A stretch of 64,000 bases of DNA from Giardia intestinalis (lineage: Eukaryota), in NCBI GenBank assembly GCA_000002435.2, contig CM018793.1. The stretch is one strand, 5' to 3'. Numbering within the stretch: position 1 is the stretch's first letter; every line of letters begins with the position of its first letter. Positions 29,077-44,000 of this stretch are shown here, piece after piece. The position numbers were made by a program, and so were the translations under genes. The notes beneath the pieces were generated by a model. It did not search any database, had not been told where the DNA came from, and saw nothing but the letters and a program-made list of their open reading frames with translations.

Positions 29077-32000
29077 CTAAAAGTACCCCGTCCCACAATA
29101 TGGGGACTTAGCATCGATGTCACTCTTTTTCAAGGATGTCTTGTTCTGGAGAATCAGATCCCAGCACCCAGGGAAATCAACTGGTATTGTCACGTGTTGA
29201 ATTGTATTTTCGTAGTAGTGATCTACACCGAAGTTCTGATCAATCTCAGCCAATTCCTCCTCACTCTGTGGTGGCGATGATGAGTAGCTCAGTGCCTCGT
29301 ACATCATGAGATAGCTATCTCTGGTCTTTACAGAGTCTGGAAGCATTGAGCTAGATGAGCTCTCGCATGGGACGAGGATTGCATAGATATCACAGTTGTT
29401 CGGATAGCTCAGACTCTCTGGGCTTATGTCCACGATTGTATTTAGCATATAATCATATCCAATCCCGTACAGTCGCATATTTGTGACCCTGACGGTGGCA
29501 AGCGGCATAGTGTGCTTGCGCTTCTGTCTTCTGTTATCTATCTTAGAGCATTGAATGCAATTTTGCCCATCATATCGCAAAAACCAATCTCTATAATACG
29601 TGGGGTCCAGAAGGGTAAAAACAATGGAATAATACCCCATTTCCAGGTTATATTTCAGACACATCTGGAGTTTGAAAAGCTTGAGGATGTCATGCATGAT
29701 CGGCTGATAGATATCGCCGCGAACAGACCATATGTTTTCAGAAAGCACTTTGATTGGATGAGACTGCTCTACCAACGAGTTGGATGTGAAGCCATATGTA
29801 AGCCTTCTGACCCTTTGATAGGTCTTACTGAGCAACAGGACAGCGTAAAGTGTTGGTGGTAAGGCCTTCTCGGCCCGGTCAACTTCTACAGATGAATAAG
29901 CGTTGCTGTGTATAGAGTGTGAAGCTATGTTGGATATTACGTCAGTTGATAGCATGAGACTGAATGCATCACGAACAGTACTTTGGCATCTCGATAGCTC
30001 TGGCCGCAAAAAGCATATCGGTTGAAGGGTATCTGCCAGCCGTTCTTGTAGTTCTTGAGTCCGTATTATTTCTGCAACGTTGGTATGTTTCATGGCAAAC
30101 TTTTCTAAGTCCATTGTAATGAGTTTAATTTTTTCCACTAAATCTATCAGAGTTCTTTCTGACATAGTCTCCGGAAAATGCAGTAGAGCATCCATCCTCG
30201 AAGATGCGTGAATTGTCACCATATGGCGCCGACTACTCAGAATCTTTTGTAGCTCTGCTCGAGAATAGGATCTGAATCCATCTGGGTCAGTGGCATTGAG
30301 CAACACGTTTGCGTTCAGTTCGTCCCCTGCTAACGTCATAAGCCGCGCACTTGTAGCCTGTGGGGCTCCATCCACCTGGCGCTGGTCTGCGTAAGTGTAA
30401 TCTGTCTTGAAAGAACACATAGATACATCGTCAATGGACGATTCAGCAGAAGAGAACACCGACCTGGAGTTGCTGATCTCCACATCACTGTTGTGTATGC
30501 TGGTTAGTGATGGATCAAAATCAGTGCGTTCCGCTTCCGCTTGATCGTGGGTGATTGTAGGGACCTCTTCATAGAATGAGGCTACGTTTAGTGACTTACT
30601 ATTCAGGTAGCTTATTGCAACACTGACAGAAGCATTAATCGGTGATCCAATCAATATAGCCGAGGACTTGCGATATATCAAGGAATAGAGGTTAGATAGG
30701 ACGTAACTGGTGTTTATCTCAGAACACGTATGACACAGAACAGAGTATATCATTGGCAAGTTTGCGATATGCGAAGCAGCTCCTTGTTTTTTAGTAAAGA
30801 AGAGCCGACGACCCTGGTTAGCGAGTGGCAGCGTTTTCAGTTGCGATATAAGGTGTACATACAAAAGGAGCATTTCATTGTCATCTACCTTGAACATTCC
30901 ATTACTGATCAGCATGCTGTATCTAATGGCGAGGAGCGTCAATGCTTTGACAAAGGAAGACTCGTAGACAGAGCAGCCAACTGAATGGGACAGTGTGTAG
31001 TTTCGCATAGTACTGATTGCATGTTGCATGGCATCCAAGAATGTTGTAGGTCGCTGCACATACAATTGGACGGGTCTACAAATGTCAATAAAGACGGCAA
31101 GCTGCACGCTAATGTTTTCCGGAGTTGCAGCTCCGCTTTCTGTCCCAAACTTCTGACAACAAGACAAAGGAACAAGGACATACACGAGATACGCTGGCTT
31201 GACGCCTGAACTGTACAGGTCTATTAAGTGTGCTAATGAATAATGAGGGTTATACCGTATATCAACTATTACGACATTAGTGGCTAAATACGAGGTGGCA
31301 GGTGCTGGCTGACAAACATAGTCTGGAAAGCCATACTTTGGTATAATTTCTTTTGAAAAAATTGCTTGCAGATATGGAAGGATTGCCAGGCCTTCGTCAT
31401 AGTACAGTAAAACGGTGCGCGAGCCGCGGCCCAATGATACCTGTTGTGTTGCCTCAAAATTGTATTCTTCCTGAAGATTCTTGAATAGCTGTGCCACATG
31501 GTCCAAATTGGCTGGATTTATGACTGAAAGGTCAAGGGGTCCATCGGCATCGCCGACAGCTCTCGTCTGAGTCTCTTTCCCTTCGGCTTGTAAATTACCT
31601 GCATCTATCGCTACCGCTGTTGCACTGGCCACTCGCGAAAGAAGGCCGTCGCTCAGGAGCTCGGCCTCATTGTTAGCTGAGCACCAGTCTGCCTTTGCTT
31701 TAGCGCGCAGGGATGCATCGTCCTGAAGAAACTTATGAATTGCTGATGGTGGAGTTATCCTACAGAAGAACTCCATTGTGCTAAGGATGAGATCTTGTCG
31801 AAGAGCTACAATAAGGAGAAGCGCGACCCAAATGTTCTCAAAGCTGGGATACTGCAGGCTAGGTGGCAGAGGAACCAACCGTGTGCTGTACGCTGCCAAC
31901 TCGTCATGCACATAGGGCGGGACAATCGGAACATGCGTCGTTTTCAGAGTCCTCATGCCCTCTTCTATCTCTTGCGCTACCGTGGCATCTAGGTTGATGT

Positions 32001-35000
32001 CATCGCCAGCGGTACGGTCAATGGCATCTGCGATTGCACTCTTGCTTGTCTCTGCTATGCCGAGCTCCGCTTGCTTAACCTTGTCGCTGGATTGTGCAGT
32101 CCTCTCTTTGTATAGATACGTACCCACTATCATTTTGTAAGCGTCTCCCGCAAAGTTTAGCAACGTAAAGACAGCCTTGTTATGAGTGAAGTACTCGTAC
32201 CAGTCAGAAAACCGTCGAGGATTGTATATGGAGAGCAAAGAGAAGAGCTTCCAACTGTACACCACGGTGGGGCTGCATCGAAAAGAAGTGGGACAGCTTG
32301 CTGCAATCTGGCGGGCATAGTTGTAGAGAGGCAAATGGCTATTAAACTTGTCAGAGAAATGGGAGACCAAGAACCTTATGTCATTGACTAGTATCATCTT
32401 GAGCTGAGTCAAATCGTCTGGATGGCCTAGCTTGAAGCACAGATTGTATATGGATATGAAAAGATTGATGTAGAGCCCCCGTTCTCGCTCTGGTAGCAGT
32501 AAGACAGTATTCTCTAAGATGTAGTGTGCAGTATTGACAATGGCAGTGAAGGCCCGAGATGGATTGGACCCTACGTGGTCGTCAAGATAGGAAAGGTGGC
32601 ACTCAAAGAAGTGGTCGGTGAAAACAGTCGCAATACTTGGGTGAATCAGGGACATCTGCCTCAACAGCAAGAGTATGCTTGTAATGGCTGTTCCAAAGTA
32701 TTTGGCATATTCGCTTATTGTCGAGCTTTCCGCGATTTTCTTTGCAAGCTCCTCTCTATGCTCTATACAGCGTTCTACTCCAATGCAGTACAGATTCATT
32801 TCGGCAAAGTCAAAGCCCTCACTGTCCTTAGATGCATGCTGTAGATGAACAAAAACAGCATTGGACTCTTCACGTTTGACCAAGCGACTCATGATCTCCT
32901 TCTTGGAAAGTATATACTTCTCGAGATTGTTTGCGATGTTCTCGATATTCCTGTGAAGTCTGTCAGAGCATTCAAGGCAGCTCTCACGGCGAACTATCTC
33001 AAGACCATCAAATCCGTTAACATAAAGGGAGTACACGCTTGAGAACTTTTCTGATATTTCGCGAAGCTTGTACTGCAGCTCATGTTCCGTCACAGATGGA
33101 TTTTGCATCCTAAGAAGATTGAGCGAGTTAGACTTAAACTGGAACTTGGGAGCGTTCAGAGTAGACATGTCACAGTTACGAAGATTGATAAAACCTGTTT
33201 CCAAGAGAAACTTAAGTGAAGCTCCTGTGGTAAGGACATAGTATATTCTATAGTCATGCAACGGGCGGACAATATCTACTGAGTATGTTGTTGTCACAGA
33301 CACTCTTGCATTTCTCTTTGTTAATCTGGACTCGATAAGCAGTGCTAGCTTTGTCAGTATCATCATGTTGAGCATTGGCATTGCTGCAGATCCAAAGTTC
33401 AGAAATACAATAGGCTTGTCTTGAAGCAGTGCATGCTTAAGAAGAGCCTCAAATATGGGTGGCGGAAGGTGACAATCTAAATATATCAAAAGCTTTCTAC
33501 GGACCTCGTGATAGTTATAGCAAGTTGATGGAGCGCCAAAACGCACGTTTGAAGGTAGCCTTTTGTATGACACCGCCGAATATTTTAGACTGGCTATCTG
33601 CTTTAGAAGATCTTCAAGCTCAGCTATAAGGTAGTGCATCTCATTGTACTGGGCAACGCCCTTTTCAGGCCTCTTGCCAGTGTCGCCATGACTGCCTTGT
33701 GTACCGAGCACTAGATCCTCGATGGTAGCGTTTATTGCTCCCGTCGCATTGTACTTCTCTAGCGCTTGCTCCACATTAACCCCCATGGCCGATAGCCGCT
33801 GCTTACAGTCTTCGAGACGAGCCTCTAATAAGTACACTTCGCAGGCGGGTATTATAATGCGTGCCAAATCGCTTGTCACAAAGAGGAACTTGAACCCAAA
33901 CTTGATGTACTGTAGTAGTATAATAATTTCTTGAATCAACTTTGGATCTGGATTACATAGTGAGCAAGTAAGTTGCGTCCTCCACCTGGGCCACATGAGG
34001 TCCTCGCAAAGCATGAGCAACCGTGAAGGGAGACCGTAGTTGGAAAGCATGTCTGACCGTTGGATCAACTCGTCGCTGGTTGAAAGATTAAACAAAGATT
34101 GCAGCATTACCGTGCTATTGTCAGAGTAGGAGGTGTTTAGGGAATTATTCATAATCTTTCTATTCTTGAGACACTCAAACAAGCCCAGTTCAAACTGCAC
34201 ACAATTGCCCCAAATGGATGTTATGAACGGGTAGAATAGCAGTCTGGCTGCAATAAGCGGTCCATCACAGCATGCATTTTGAAGCATGATCACGGCACGA
34301 ATAAAGTCCAGCTTAACCTTAAGCTTTATGGAAACAAGCTGGTCCCGGAGATAAATGATGTCGTTGCGGATAGAGGGCGAAAACAAGCCATTGCGAATGC
34401 CGTTATCAAAAAGGGTGATGCTGGACAGGATCTTTTGAATAAATGTGATTGTCTTCAAATGCTTTGCAATAAGCTCGTTTGTGTAATAGCTTGCAACTTC
34501 GGAGAAGCGCGCAAGACTGTATGGGATTGAATGTGAGACGTTCTGCATGCAGCACTTATAGATGCAGAGTGTAGTTTGGCAAAAGATCTCGCAGTACATA
34601 CTACTATATGCATCGTGAAGCGGGGTTTCTGAGTGCTCGTGCTGTGTGATAAAAGGCTTAGGGTCAAGATTATATGGAATATTTGATAGAATAAAGTAAG
34701 GGATTGCCCTAACGAGCTGCAGACTGGGCGTTGCTGTTTCAGACGCCTTGTATGAGCCTTGTAGTATATTCTCAGCAGTCCCTACTTGCAGCGAATGTAT
34801 CCTATCGTTCTCATCAATCGTGTGCCGTATGACCGGAAGCTCTTGCAATGGAAGAGGATGATCAACGCTAGTATCTGCGAATACCACCAGCGAAAAGGAT
34901 CTAGAGAGGATGTTGATAATCTCCTTCCCAGATAGCATGGTTGTGAGGCAGAAGTACTTGGCCAAGAGAGCACCCAGCACTCGAACTTCTCCGTTTGTGA

Positions 35001-38000
35001 AAAGGGACAATAGACTGCTACCAGACTCTACTATGGAAAGGATACCAATGGCAGGAGATTTGTTAAGGAGAGCATTAAATAAGGACATAGGGATCGTCAC
35101 CATAATATCTGTGGGTGTGGAGAGAAAGAGGTCAGTATATTCCTCTGCGTTGATTTCGAGACTACCCCTATTGATGTAGTGCAGTAGGTAGTCTGGAATT
35201 GTGGACGAACATCGATCACATAGATACGTTGACGAAGTGGGTGTAAAGTCCTGGAAGGCAATGAGCGGGTTAATACCTAATGCTATAAGAACTGCAGCTC
35301 GAATAATATAGTGGGATGCAGCCGCCTCGCTCTTGGCAGTGAGGGTCGAAACAAGGGCGTCAGTTAATTCTATCATAAGGTTCTCGGAAGCTACCGTTGT
35401 AGTCACCGGCCTTGATTGCAAGGACGAAGTAGTAATGTTATTTGGCTCAGGCTCAGAGTCCGACTCTGATCCTCCCACAGTTTGGTGCATAAGCGATTGA
35501 ATCATGGTCTGTGTATCTATTAGAATTCTTTGCCGCCGCTTGATGGCTATCTCTGTAGGTTCTTCAGTGATGGAGAGAAATGCACGGAGATCGAAGTTCT
35601 TGGCCGCATGAGCTAACAGTGGCCCATCACACTCAGAAAGACTTCGACCGGAGATAGTTTGATGCAGAGAAGTTACGCTACGGGAACAGGAAAAGCTGTT
35701 GGCTTGTGAATCGGCGTCAATACCAAAGCCCTCCATGTCTGAAGAAAAGGTCTGTTGTGCGACTTTTAGAAACGTCTTCCGATTGGAAATCCTATAGTTC
35801 CCCATAGTTTGGAGCGCATGCAAGAACGAGGAGTAGAGCGTCCCCGACATCTCTAGCTGAGACATCAGGAATACTGGCACACGCAGTGCTAATGCCTGCA
35901 TACTCTTGGCGTCTGCTGGAGAGTGTAGCTTAGAGAACAATCCCGGATTTCTTAGGTACTTAATATAGTAAAATACCTTTAAGGAATTCTGCTCCATAAG
36001 CATGGATATATCTATGGTAAGGGTGAATACTCTATTGCAAACAGTGGGGTCCATGGCATCCAGTAAACACTCGTGCACCACAGACGAGTGTACCTCAAAA
36101 ACTTGACGATTGATAGAATTGTTGTGTGGATTGTAAAAAAGCAGCTTAGCATAATGCTGTCGTGCTCTTGCACATGCGTCCACAAAATGCTTATATTTTC
36201 CCCCATCATTGAGTAGCTCAATGTCACCTGAATAGTGAAATCTCTTTATGCTGGAGCCAGACTTAAACTTCTGAGAGTCTATAAGGGTGCCATCTATATC
36301 ACCAGGGGCCTTGGAAATATTAGACGATGACGTTCCTGTGTTACAAAATGATCGCTTAAACACTGCCTTAAGAACTCGAAGTTCCCAGTTGGGAAGTGCC
36401 TGGACCCCTGTATGGGAGCTCATGGAAATGAGCGTATTGGTCCGAAGGTACTTGCTCATGTTTTCTGGATTTAGTGGTCCATATGGCCCATGTGGCGCCA
36501 GACGGCCTATTGCCACGGCAGATGCCAGTTCATCCAGTATGCAAGACACGTGGCTATGCTTAACAGCAGGGATATTGCGGAGTGCACCCATAAGCGATCC
36601 TAAGGTCACAGCGCTCAATTGAATGTTATCTAGATCTACAGAATCAATGTACTTTTGCAATCTTTTCATCTCAGAGATAACCCTGAGAATAGAGACAGGA
36701 AGATGGTATTCTACAAGCAATAGTCCCTCTATGAATTGCAGAAGGTAGGAGTCCGAGTACTCATATAGAAACTCTTGTTCTGGTTCCGTAACTCCAACAT
36801 AAAGATTGCAGTCGTATTTGTTTTTAGTATGTACAGAGGAAACACGCGGCTGAGGTGCAGATGCCACATGAGCTTGAGCAATCTTCGGTGCAAAAGAATC
36901 CAGATTGCTTAGCGACGGATGCTGAAAGTTGCGCTTCAACAACAGCAGTAAAAATTCCTTTGTGTTGTTCATTGGTGGAAGAACAAAGGTGAGTTCGCTA
37001 GCCAAGAAAAAGTCATACAGGTAAGAGCTCTCCACCACAATGGAAATGTTTGGCACAAATATCCCTGAAGAGAAGCGAGCCCCTGTAACACCAGTTAAAC
37101 CACACACAGGGGATCGTTCAGAGTTCTCCATAATAATATACTTTTCTCCCAGAAGCATGGACAGTCTGTCGTTCTGAACTGCAACCTGGGGTTCTGAAGC
37201 ACTAGCGACCAGAGACTCCAGCATAGAAAGCCTCTGTTCGTCAGCTGCGCCTCGTGCAACCAGGGCATCGTCGGAAACACGGTGAGCGATTGTACTTGTG
37301 AGCAAGTTCGTTACGGTTAAGTGGTAAAGAGGCAGCTTGCCGCTTGGAACATCTAAAATTATGCTTTGGTTGATATCCTTTGTCTCATCCAGCAGAGTGT
37401 TATCCTCAGTAACGTCAAGAATAGATAGAGGGCAACCGATAACAGAACTCGCTCTTGCTCTCTTTGCTTTGGAAGATGAGGAATAATGCGCTGCTTCAGA
37501 ACCGTCCTGGTGGGATGCGTTTGCTTCTATCGCAGTCTTTTGAGTACGGGCCGTTTGAATGTTGTGCAGGTAGCACGTACTTATCAGCTTTTGTAGCACT
37601 TCATCAAAGGAATCGATATCGAAAAGAGCAACACATTCGCGCCACACATACTTGCCTAGGAAAATCTCCGCGGCTCTTATATAGGTGCTTTTCCCTGAAA
37701 ACGCCTCTCCAATAAGACAGACGGAGAGCTTTGCCATGATAAAGCTGGACAAGTAGACGATAAATAAGATGCGCTCACAATCAAATGTTAATGTAAGTTC
37801 ATGCTTCGGGGTTGTGCTCTGGTCAAAGAGCCTTTCGAAAGACGCATCAGCAAATATTCCAGAAGAGCACATGTAGGGAAAATGCTGCACACAGAGCCTT
37901 CTTCCTTTATCTGATGCCACAAAATATAGAAAGGATCCATCAGAGTCTGAAACACCTAGATACGAATAAGCTGAAAGATCGTCGTCTTCATCTGCATAAT

Positions 38001-41000
38001 GCTCGGGGAATAGATCGGGAAGTAACGCCATTGCATCGTCAAGATCTGATTTGTTGAGAAGCTGCGCCGAATCTGCAAACATTGACATCACATGTGCCAC
38101 AAATTTCTCGGGCCGATAGACACATTCCACCAAACCCTTTTTGTAGATCTTACTTAACTTGTTCAGAGGCCTTTTAAAATACATTACATGAAGGACATGC
38201 AGTGCATTAAAAACAGCTGCATATATGGGGAGAAACAGGTTGATAATGACAGACAAGTTATCCAAAGCCTCATAGATAAAATTCTGGAGATAGGTAACGG
38301 AAAAACTAACGCTGAAAAACGCTGTACGCGGTGCACTCTGGAGCTGCATGTAACTATCATATTTGGCCAAAGGAGTAGACGATGTAATTGTGTGCAAGGA
38401 GAGATATGAGTCTAGCTGATAAAGCTGTGTGTTCATAACCTCTGGAATTGGCTCGAAGGTAGCGTAAGCCTCGGGGTGGCACGGGCTCAGTACGAGAACC
38501 CTAAAACTAGTCAGGAACAGAACTAACAGTTGACGATAAAGGGTCCACACAATATGAGAGGGAACGATGCTAAACTCCCTGCGCATTAGGTTGTCTGTTA
38601 GACAAGTTATGAAGGCTCCAAACAATTTGCTGCCCAAACGCAATCGCTTTTCGGCAAGACACTCTCCTTTAAGCTCTGCAGTTGTTCGTCGCGAACACAG
38701 CGACTGAAGGTACTGTATGGATAGAGCAGATGTCTTCATGTCTATCAGGGATGTAACTGTGAACAGCTTGCGCGACTTCTCAGTCAGCTGTTCGTCTTCG
38801 GCTAAATGCAGGTGTCTTCCAACATAGTTATTGAGCATGGTGGAAAACTTAAGATACTCAGGCACTACGATTAGTCGCCGCTGGACAGATCCTACATTCG
38901 AACCAATAATGGATGCAGTTTCATAAGCGGTCACTAGCAGAAGACAGCGAGGTTTGTTAAAGAAATCAAATTTGGCTCTAATGTTGTAGTACAGCTCAAG
39001 CTCTGGATAATAACTCTGGAGAGCCGTGATCGAGGAAAGCATGCTTCGGGCCAACGTACCACTTGGTGGATTGAAAATGAATATCAATAATGCCTGGGAG
39101 CCTAGATACATTATAGTTCGAATGTTCTCGTGCAAATCTGCCAACGAATGGATAAAAAAAGGTCTGAGTTTTCCGACTTTGGCAACGAGCTGAGAAAACA
39201 CAACAAGAAGCTGAAAATGCGACTGGCGTAGGGTTATGCTGGATAAAGCCCTAGACTTAACTAGTTGGGCTGTAACACTTTTATTTGACAACTGAGGGAT
39301 CGTAAGCCCTGTGCCTTTTGTACCCTGAAGGACGCTTGTTGACGGAGGAAGTAGGACAACAGGCCCCAGGGAGAGCATGTCCAAACAGAGGGCCAAGGCG
39401 TCGATACCCACTGGCTCTAGAAGAGCAAACTCCTGGGAGAGGGTTTCACAGAATTCGGCATACGTAGGCGTATACATCTGCTTTAGCGTCTTCCACACTT
39501 TCGCGATGTTATTTGCAGTGAAATTACTGTCAGTGCCATGGTGTGTTTTACGTGAAATGAGCATGCCAATATCTATATCGTTGGGTTCCTGAACGCCATG
39601 CAGAACATTGAGCAGACTAACAACTGAATTGAGAACAGCCTTGTGTTGCGGCTGAAGTACAAACGCTCCCTCGATAACGCGTGAAACAATGTCTCTAGCG
39701 GGACGAAGGGTGGTCTGAGACAAAAGAAAGGCAGACAGGGACGTTGCAACAGAGATAGGGTTGCTCATATCTTTGCATCTTTTAAGCACGAGATCGACGT
39801 CTTCCGGTCGAAGTTGTGGAGTAGATAGCCCCGCCGTATTCAGGAATAGGGATATTTCATATAGCTTGGGCCCATACTGAGAAGATCTTTGCAGGAAAAG
39901 ATGGCCAAGCTGATTGGCTTCAGTCTGATGCTTACAGTTACAGTGAGGATATAATGCATCAAAGTTTAGTGCAGTAATTGGAATATCATCGGAGACTGAT
40001 AGGCGATACTCTGTAGACAAGTTTTTCTCTGCAAAGAAGTTGGTTATCTGTTCTTCAGTGGCCTTGCTCTTATGTGAGTGCAGATCGACGTTGTTGGTAG
40101 ACGCGCGGGCCTCTAAGCAAAGGTCGTAAAGAAGCGCATTCGTTTGCTGAAGCAGGCTCACTGGAACTAGCGTGCCATAGTCCTTTATTTCAATCAGGCT
40201 GTGCATTGGGAAAAGCTTTCGAAGTCGCTCTCCCCGAATGGTTAGAGAAAGCTTAGATCCTTCATATACTGCTTCTGGAAGGCAGATGGCATAACCACCA
40301 GGAAATATGGCATCCTTCCCTGTGGAATGAAGAATAGAAAAGTCCAGCGGGCCTGTATCTGCCTGTTCTACGGTCGGTACAGCACCTTTTGCCAAATTAT
40401 AGCTGGAAAGCACATTAATCAAACCATTCAGCTGAGATTCTTCTAAGAATTCAACGCCACAGAGAACGACATAGCGTCCTCCCAAGATCCTTGTGCAAAG
40501 GCGATGAAGAAGAGCGTCAGGATCTGTAGCTGGAGAACAGAAAACAAACTCGTAGCGCATACCAAAATACCTGCAAAGCGTGTGCACAATAATAAGGTAG
40601 TCGATATTGTTGTACGAACGCATGGTATCTCCAACGAGGAAAGCCGGTATTCGGCTCTGCATGCTTATTCCCAGTTGCGAAACAGCCTGAAGTTGCCTGT
40701 AGTTAAGAGGAATACAATCCAATAAGGAAGCTTTTCCTGTATACTGCGCTATGATGGGGATGGCAACATTTGCGCAAGTGACAAGAAGCGTTTCATCATT
40801 CTTTTGAGACAAGAAGTTTTGATTATGAGTCGTATACACTCTGTCTTTGCGCCAGTCTGTCAACTCGCCGCAGGAAGCTGAAGAAGACGCTTCAGTAAGA
40901 GCCGATTCTGTGGGAAGTCCATATGGAAGCGTTGAAATTATGTGATGCATATGCACATTTGGGTGGACCCCGCACGACATAGCTGTGATACATGCTTGGC

Positions 41001-44000
41001 TCTTTGCATCTGCATATAGCTCTGTAAATGCAGCTCGAACCTGACCCTCATCAGATATAAATGATGCTACCTTCTCAGCTGTGGCTGCTCTAGAAAGATT
41101 TGGAATAGCCCGCATTATGTATAATGTCAGAGAATCTTCCATAATAGTCTGCAGTGTTCGTTCATGTTCAGCAATGCGTGCCAGTAGTGCCTGAATGTAC
41201 ATCCTTCTATCGTGCTTGTAATTCCGAAGTGAATAGCAAGAAGTAAGCGATTTATCAGTGAGTACGGTTGCTGTTCCTATTGCTACTGTTGCTACGGCCC
41301 TCTTGAACTCAGGCATACATTTGTAGTATAGCTGGAGAAAATTAACGGGAGAACCATCAAGATGCATAAACACAAGCGTGGATAGTGCGTAATGAACGCA
41401 CTGATAAAGGCATGAGCCTACTAACTCCTCATATCGCTCCTCCATAAGGAGGCGAAGCCCCTTCAAGTACTCCTTAATCAGGGCGGCACGGTGCACAGAG
41501 GGTGCAAACACGGAGGCCCCGAAAGCTGGTAACGTGTCTGGCATGTCTATGGGCTTTAGAAAACGCAGCTGCTCATACCCAGCGCACAACCCCGTTATCT
41601 GTAGACGAGTCGATGAGCCGGTGCCGGTCCGAAGCGTCATAATGTCGTAAATAGAGTTGCTAAATGCACTGCTAGATGTGTGGAACACAATGGGGCGAAG
41701 CTTTCCAGAGGGAACTAATGCTGAGGTGGAAGTGTAGATGTTGTTGTAGAGAACCGCACTCCGAATAAGTGGGCACCGCCGAATCAAATCACTAACGTGG
41801 TGCTGGCCCTGGGCATGGTAAGTAGCAGGAATACAAGGGATGCACGCATACTCTAAGGAAAGATTGCTGGTGAAAGAAGATACAAGCGGAAAACGTAGAA
41901 TTGTATCAGAAAACACTCCTAGAATGCTATCAGCCCGAGCTATATGTAAAGATAACGACCGGATAATATAAGGACAGCGCCGCACTATGCCCCGGAGAAG
42001 TCCAAAACTTCCCACTGTGGGTAGCAGAGATGGCTGCACAGGTGATCCTCTCAATGAGGTTATCTCACCGGATAGACAGCATGCATTCTCCTCAGAAGAC
42101 TCCTTGCAAAGGCTGTGCAGTTGACGCATGATATTGAGAAGAGAAACGACTTCAAGCAACGGGTCTTGAGAAGATAAGAAGGCTTTCCGTAACCGTGGAT
42201 GGGCACTTCCTAATGAAATACTGCAGAGATCCGGAAGTAGGAGCAGAAGCTCAGGAAGAATTGTCATTGCACGCTGAACACATATCGCTAGCGTGTGAAG
42301 GAGAATAAGCTCGGCTTCAAGTCTTCGAGCAACCGTCTGTGTGGACGGTGAATAGTCGTTGAAAAGGATGTAGGCAACTGCAAACATGGCTTCTCGTATA
42401 TACTCCACATGTCTTTTACAGCATACAAGGGTTGGTACACCCAACAAGGATTCCTTGCTTGTAAGATGATCGTGCTGGTTTGGTTGCTTTGTAGTAAGGT
42501 CAAGGCTTCCAGTTATAGACTGAGCACGACTCCGTGTCCGTACATCAGATGCAAGAACGATAGATCCTGCAAACAGATCCTTGTTTCGATCAAGTGACTG
42601 CATGGCAAACAGGCTGTCGTCACGACCTGCCTCTTCATCAACGGAGATATCGTCACTGATGCACTCAAAACTAGATAGTTGTGCCAGAGAGGAATCATCA
42701 GCTGCATCGGCTAGTATTCCCAAACGACTAGAGTAAGCCTCTAACACTTTCTCCTTTGCAAGTATGAGAGTGCGGACTTTCTGTAAAAGCGATGTAAGAG
42801 ATGATGCCTTACCTCCCATGACAGGACCAAGTTTGCTTGCAATTGTATGGTCTGAAAACTCTCCTTTTCCAGTGATCCCCCAGAACGCATAGAGTACAGA
42901 TAAAAGGTGCCCTGACCTGTGTGAAGCAGTCAGTGTGATTGGCTGGAAATTCAGGCCATTAATCCAATCATCAATCTTATTAAGTGTCACCATCGCCTGT
43001 CTATTAACTAAGCCCCGTGCATAAATGGCTGCGGCTGCTTCGAACATAGCATCAGTATTATCGTATAGGAAGAGGTGCTCTACGAGAATCGTACGATCAG
43101 GCTCGAAGTATGTATCGATAGGAGCTGCATGAATGGTTGGTGCACTCCTCAGGAAAGCGTTGAGACCGGTAACCTCACCAAACCCTGCTAGATCCTCTTC
43201 AATGGCGTCAGGGGAAGTCAAAAAGCATAGCAGAAAGAGCCGAGGAGTGATGGCCCGCAGATAGCAGTCTACCTGATCGGCAGTAGAGGTCCAGTTAGAA
43301 TATACGAAAGATGAACGAATAGTGGAGATGGACGTAGCACATATCTCGAGCAGAGTAACAAGGGCCCCGGCGTCTAGATCAATCAGTGCCTTTGAAGGAG
43401 CTGCCTTATAGAGCTGGTTCAGTTTCACAAATGAAGTTACCAGTAAACACAGCGGAAGTAATACTGCTTCGAGTTCGGCTGGCGAGTCAACTAGGTGCAT
43501 GTCTATATTGAGTGCCCTGCTCCAACTAGAAACCCGCAGATAGACGTTCTTAATTTCTTCTATCAAGATATAGAGCTCCATGAACATGCGGAAAACATCA
43601 TAGTGGGCCAAGCTTGGATGATCCACAGGGATGTCTGATTCCTTATTGTCGCATAGATGGCCATGCATGTAAGTTGACGCGACTATGAGACCTTGGCTAT
43701 TTCTTGAAGCAAACAAATCAGACCTCTCAGAGAATTCGAAGTTACAGTCCGTTACCAGAAGATAATCCAAAGGCGATGTTGGAGCCTGTATGGCGCTCTC
43801 TCTAGTAGATTGCTCCGACACACTGTCTGGGCACGGCCGAGAATAGAGATAGGGCCACCTGTAGCCTTGATATGGAAGCTGCCATCCAACATGATATTCA
43901 GTGAATTGACAAGGAAACTCTAACGCTCCATGCTCTGGTTCTAAAGATGAAGGGTGTTCTGTATGTTTATCTGCAGTAACTGGCTGATCCTCCTGAGATG